DNA of 64,000 nt from Squalus acanthias (taxonomy: Eukaryota), in the NCBI GenBank assembly GCA_030390025.1, contig CM059446.1, forward strand, positions 38,316,001 through 38,380,000, read 5' to 3'. This document shows positions 60,801-64,000 of this stretch, in pieces. The notes under the pieces were generated by a model, which saw only the letters and a program-made list of their open reading frames with translations, had not been told where the DNA came from and did no database searches. The number at the start of each line of letters is the position of its first letter. Position 1 is the first letter of the stretch. Made by a program: the position numbers and the translations under genes.

Positions 60801-63800
60801 ATCTAAGAATGTGAGGCCGAATTTTTCTCAGAACCCAAAGAAGAGAGATTATTCCAATCTGACAACTTGTTTACTTATAGCTACCGAGTTCAGCGAACTT
60901 CAGGGTTCCCTGATTGAGAACTTCATCGTGATCCGATCTAGAAATCCATCAAAGAAATAGACCGAAAGGCTCCCTTTTCAAATCTATTTTTTTTTACAAT
61001 CGTTACCTTTGTGTCGCAGTAATTAAGATATTCTTATCTGGGGAGACAGTTTCTCTGGTAACTGAATAATGTTGTGTCTTTGATGCGAACTTTTGACAGT
61101 TATCGCATCAAGGTTGGACAATTTGCACAAATACCCGCTTTTCAAATTCGATGAAAATTATTATAAGTGTGAATCGTGCAGCGCAATGACTCAAATCTTA
61201 GTGGACACTGATCTTTGGTATAAATTACTCTTAGTTTTAAGTGTTTTTTGGTGTAGCATTATAAATCGTATGAATTGCTTGACATTTAGACAATTATTTC
61301 GATTTTTGAAATCCTATGATATTTCCATACATGTTCTATTCTGAAGGGCTGGGGAATTAGCATTATAATGTAACACGTAATTTGTGTTAGATCTACTATA
61401 AACTATAGAGCCCTGTCGGGTTCAGAAAATATATTGATATATATATCTATTTATGTTAGAATTACTACGATAGTTTTATTGTTGCAATACGGAGCAATCC
61501 TGTATGATATAAATTACAAGAACTAGTTTTCTTAAGGCTGAGGTGGTCATCTCACATTATATGTACTTTTCCTGTTTTAATCCCCGTTTCTAGTCATTGA
61601 GGTCTTGAGAATATGATGAACTTTTGGTAAAGTCTAAATGGATCTGCACATCTCGTCTCAATTCACTTGAACGCGAGATTTTCCGTGAAAAAAATCTCCC
61701 AAATTCATTGCCTGTCGGCTCGCCTATTGGGGGAAGGAGGTGAAGGAAGAGAGACTGCAGAGTAAATCAATGCCACAATAAATCCGTTACATTTCTGTTT
61801 ATTCCTGACACAACGATGTTAGAATGAAATCATTCTGATCGACGTGGGGTTTTTTTTCGGTTTGGAAAGGCCCTGGCGAAATAATTCCTCCACGCTCACC
61901 TTAAATGTCATTTAGTTTTCGGGGGATTCATTGTATCTGCTCCATTTGAAACTGTCCCTCTCCAGCGGAGTACGCTGAGTCTCCAGCACCTGTAGCACTG
62001 CCATCTGTGGAGGGCTATTGCAAAAATGTTTGAACTGATAACAAGGTGAATTTTGATCAGGTTCGAATTTCGCCTAAAATCAGCAGGATGTGTTTGTAGG
62101 GTCTATCTTGACAGCTATGCCACAATGTTGACATTTAAAAGTGGCTGGTATATTTTTTGGACCATTGGAGAGGGAAGCGGGTAGGGGACGTAAACGATAG
62201 TCTGTCAAATAAATGCCAGGAGCGTCATAAGTGGCTTAAATATTTGGTTCGATTGCATTGCAGATATACATTCGTTTGTTTAATGCTTTCTAAAGATATG
62301 GCACGCCTTTTGCTACACATGTGCTTTGCGTTAGTTCGAAATGAATGGAGTTATTAAGTAGCACCAAATACAAAAAATATGCGATCAACTAGTGGGAAAA
62401 TTTAGATTCGTAACCAATTAGTTGTGAAATAAACAATAAAAAAAACTTTATTTTTTTACATGCACCGCTGTGGAATCATTGAAAAGGCTTAATACATATA
62501 AGTGGAAACGGTGCATGGAGCTCCAGTAATAATACATTCACAAGTGGAACTTGTCTAACATGCTGTTCAACAGGTGCTTTGCAGAAACTCGTCATGTTCT
62601 GAGCACCTCTGACGTACCCCAGCTGCATGCTTCGAAGACAGTTGAAGTCTCTTTTAAACGAAGAATTTCTATTATATTGCAGCCGCCGATTGTGTTAAAA
62701 TAAACTTCAACGTCTATTAATGAAACATAATTTCAAAGTTATGCTCTTTGATAAAGCCAATTTCATCGCCTTAGCACAACATTAAAATATAGATGACAAT
62801 AAGCCGTTTGGTGGGGACACTGACTATTTCACAGCGTCGCCTCTTTTGTGAATACTATTTTACTGGACTCCAAAGTAATACGTTTGTGTAGCGCGTAACA
62901 ATACAAGGACAAGTTATCATACTGTGTTCAGAAACTTCATGCAATAAATCAAAGAACACAGCGCATATAGGTTGGTAGAGTGTAATTCGGCTGTATATAG
63001 GAGTTTATGGGAGAGTATTTTAAATAGGAGAGTATTTTAATAATAGTCAACATCATAAATATTCCAAATAACATGGTTGCATTCATTGTAGAGATTTTAG
63101 TGTGAACATTATATCAGTTGACCATAAAATATATAGAGAAACCCCTCCCCTGACCTGCATGATAACTTTCGTGTTTTAATCATCAGTGTGCAAAATGATT
63201 TCCCATGCCGTCATCCAATTGACCTTACCGTCAAGGATTTTTTGAAAGATATATCAATAGGACAAATGACTTAAGAAAACTTCAAGAAAAAAAACGTACT
63301 AAGCTCCCATAATCATAATCGCATACTTATCATCTACAAATGAAATAAAAGGCACCAAAAGTTGCGAATTAGTTCTCGAAAGACTTTATTCCATTATAAG
63401 TAGCGGAAGACTGTACAGTTCACGTGAAACGTACATCATTTGACAAGATAACAATTATATAATAAATACAATTATTGTGTTACACTGCTGAATTATTTTC
63501 AAGCATTTGGTCAAAGCATTCCCTTTATTTTAATGAAAAACATTATATTTATATATATTTGATTTTTGCTTTTAAACCTTGTAACGATTCATTTAAATAT
63601 AGCGCCAGTATTGAATTATAATACTTAAAATAAGTACGCAATAAAATGATCAAATATATTTTCTCAGCACGTTACCTTTTTGCACATTAATGAGGTAAAA
63701 TTATCGAGAATGAGACATAATTTCACGGAGAAAATATGTAACACCCCGTTTGTCCATTTTCTTGAAATCTGTAAAGAAAACAACGTGTTTTATAACCTGA

Positions 63801-64000
63801 AATCACCTTTGAAAAAGAAGCAAAACGCAAAGAACAAATTGATTTGCTCTGGACGTTATTATATTGATGCAGCGACGGTGACAACCTGACAATTGTAAAG
63901 ATTATAAGGAAACAGGAAATTAGAAAATTCAGAGAGAGCTATAAGCGTCAATGAAATTTACGTTCAGAACACAGACCATAAAGGATCACAAGTAGATGGA

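Noticed and set aside
61995-62012. CTCF site (CTGCCATCTGTGG)
   Set aside because: Partial match only, expected by chance in 64 kb.
33800-63900. Short 60-120 aa ORFs as host genes
   Set aside because: No recognisable domains, many non-ATG starts, AT-biased composition and no consistent exon chain. Small real exons cannot be excluded by eye.

Overview
Eukaryotic vertebrate DNA, most likely a cartilaginous fish (inferred from DeuSINE/SacSINE1-type SINEs, HER1/CR1-type LINE tails and Penelope ends typical of sharks). No host protein-coding exon could be supported. The first ~33 kb is a dense, nested stack of transposons: DeuSINEs, CR1/L2 LINE pieces, Harbinger-type fold-back MITEs, a decayed Harbinger transposase and a 27-bp minisatellite. 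The last ~31 kb is AT-rich and transposon-poor, with one assembly gap and candidate regulatory blocks. The main signal is five Penelope-like (Neptune-type RT + GIY-YIG) insertions from two families. Two are large palindromes (20267-23154, 28065-30708) with clean 12- and 14-bp TSDs, two are miniatures (804-915, 51530-51688) and one is a tail-less fragment (24678-25181). Both families share one 3' layout despite dissimilar sequence: a minimal hammerhead ribozyme, then ~19-20 nt after its predicted cut a segment that pairs with a 38-43 nt terminal tail, with the recurrent inversion breakpoint inside that loop. All family assignments are by eye; no searches or folding programs were run.
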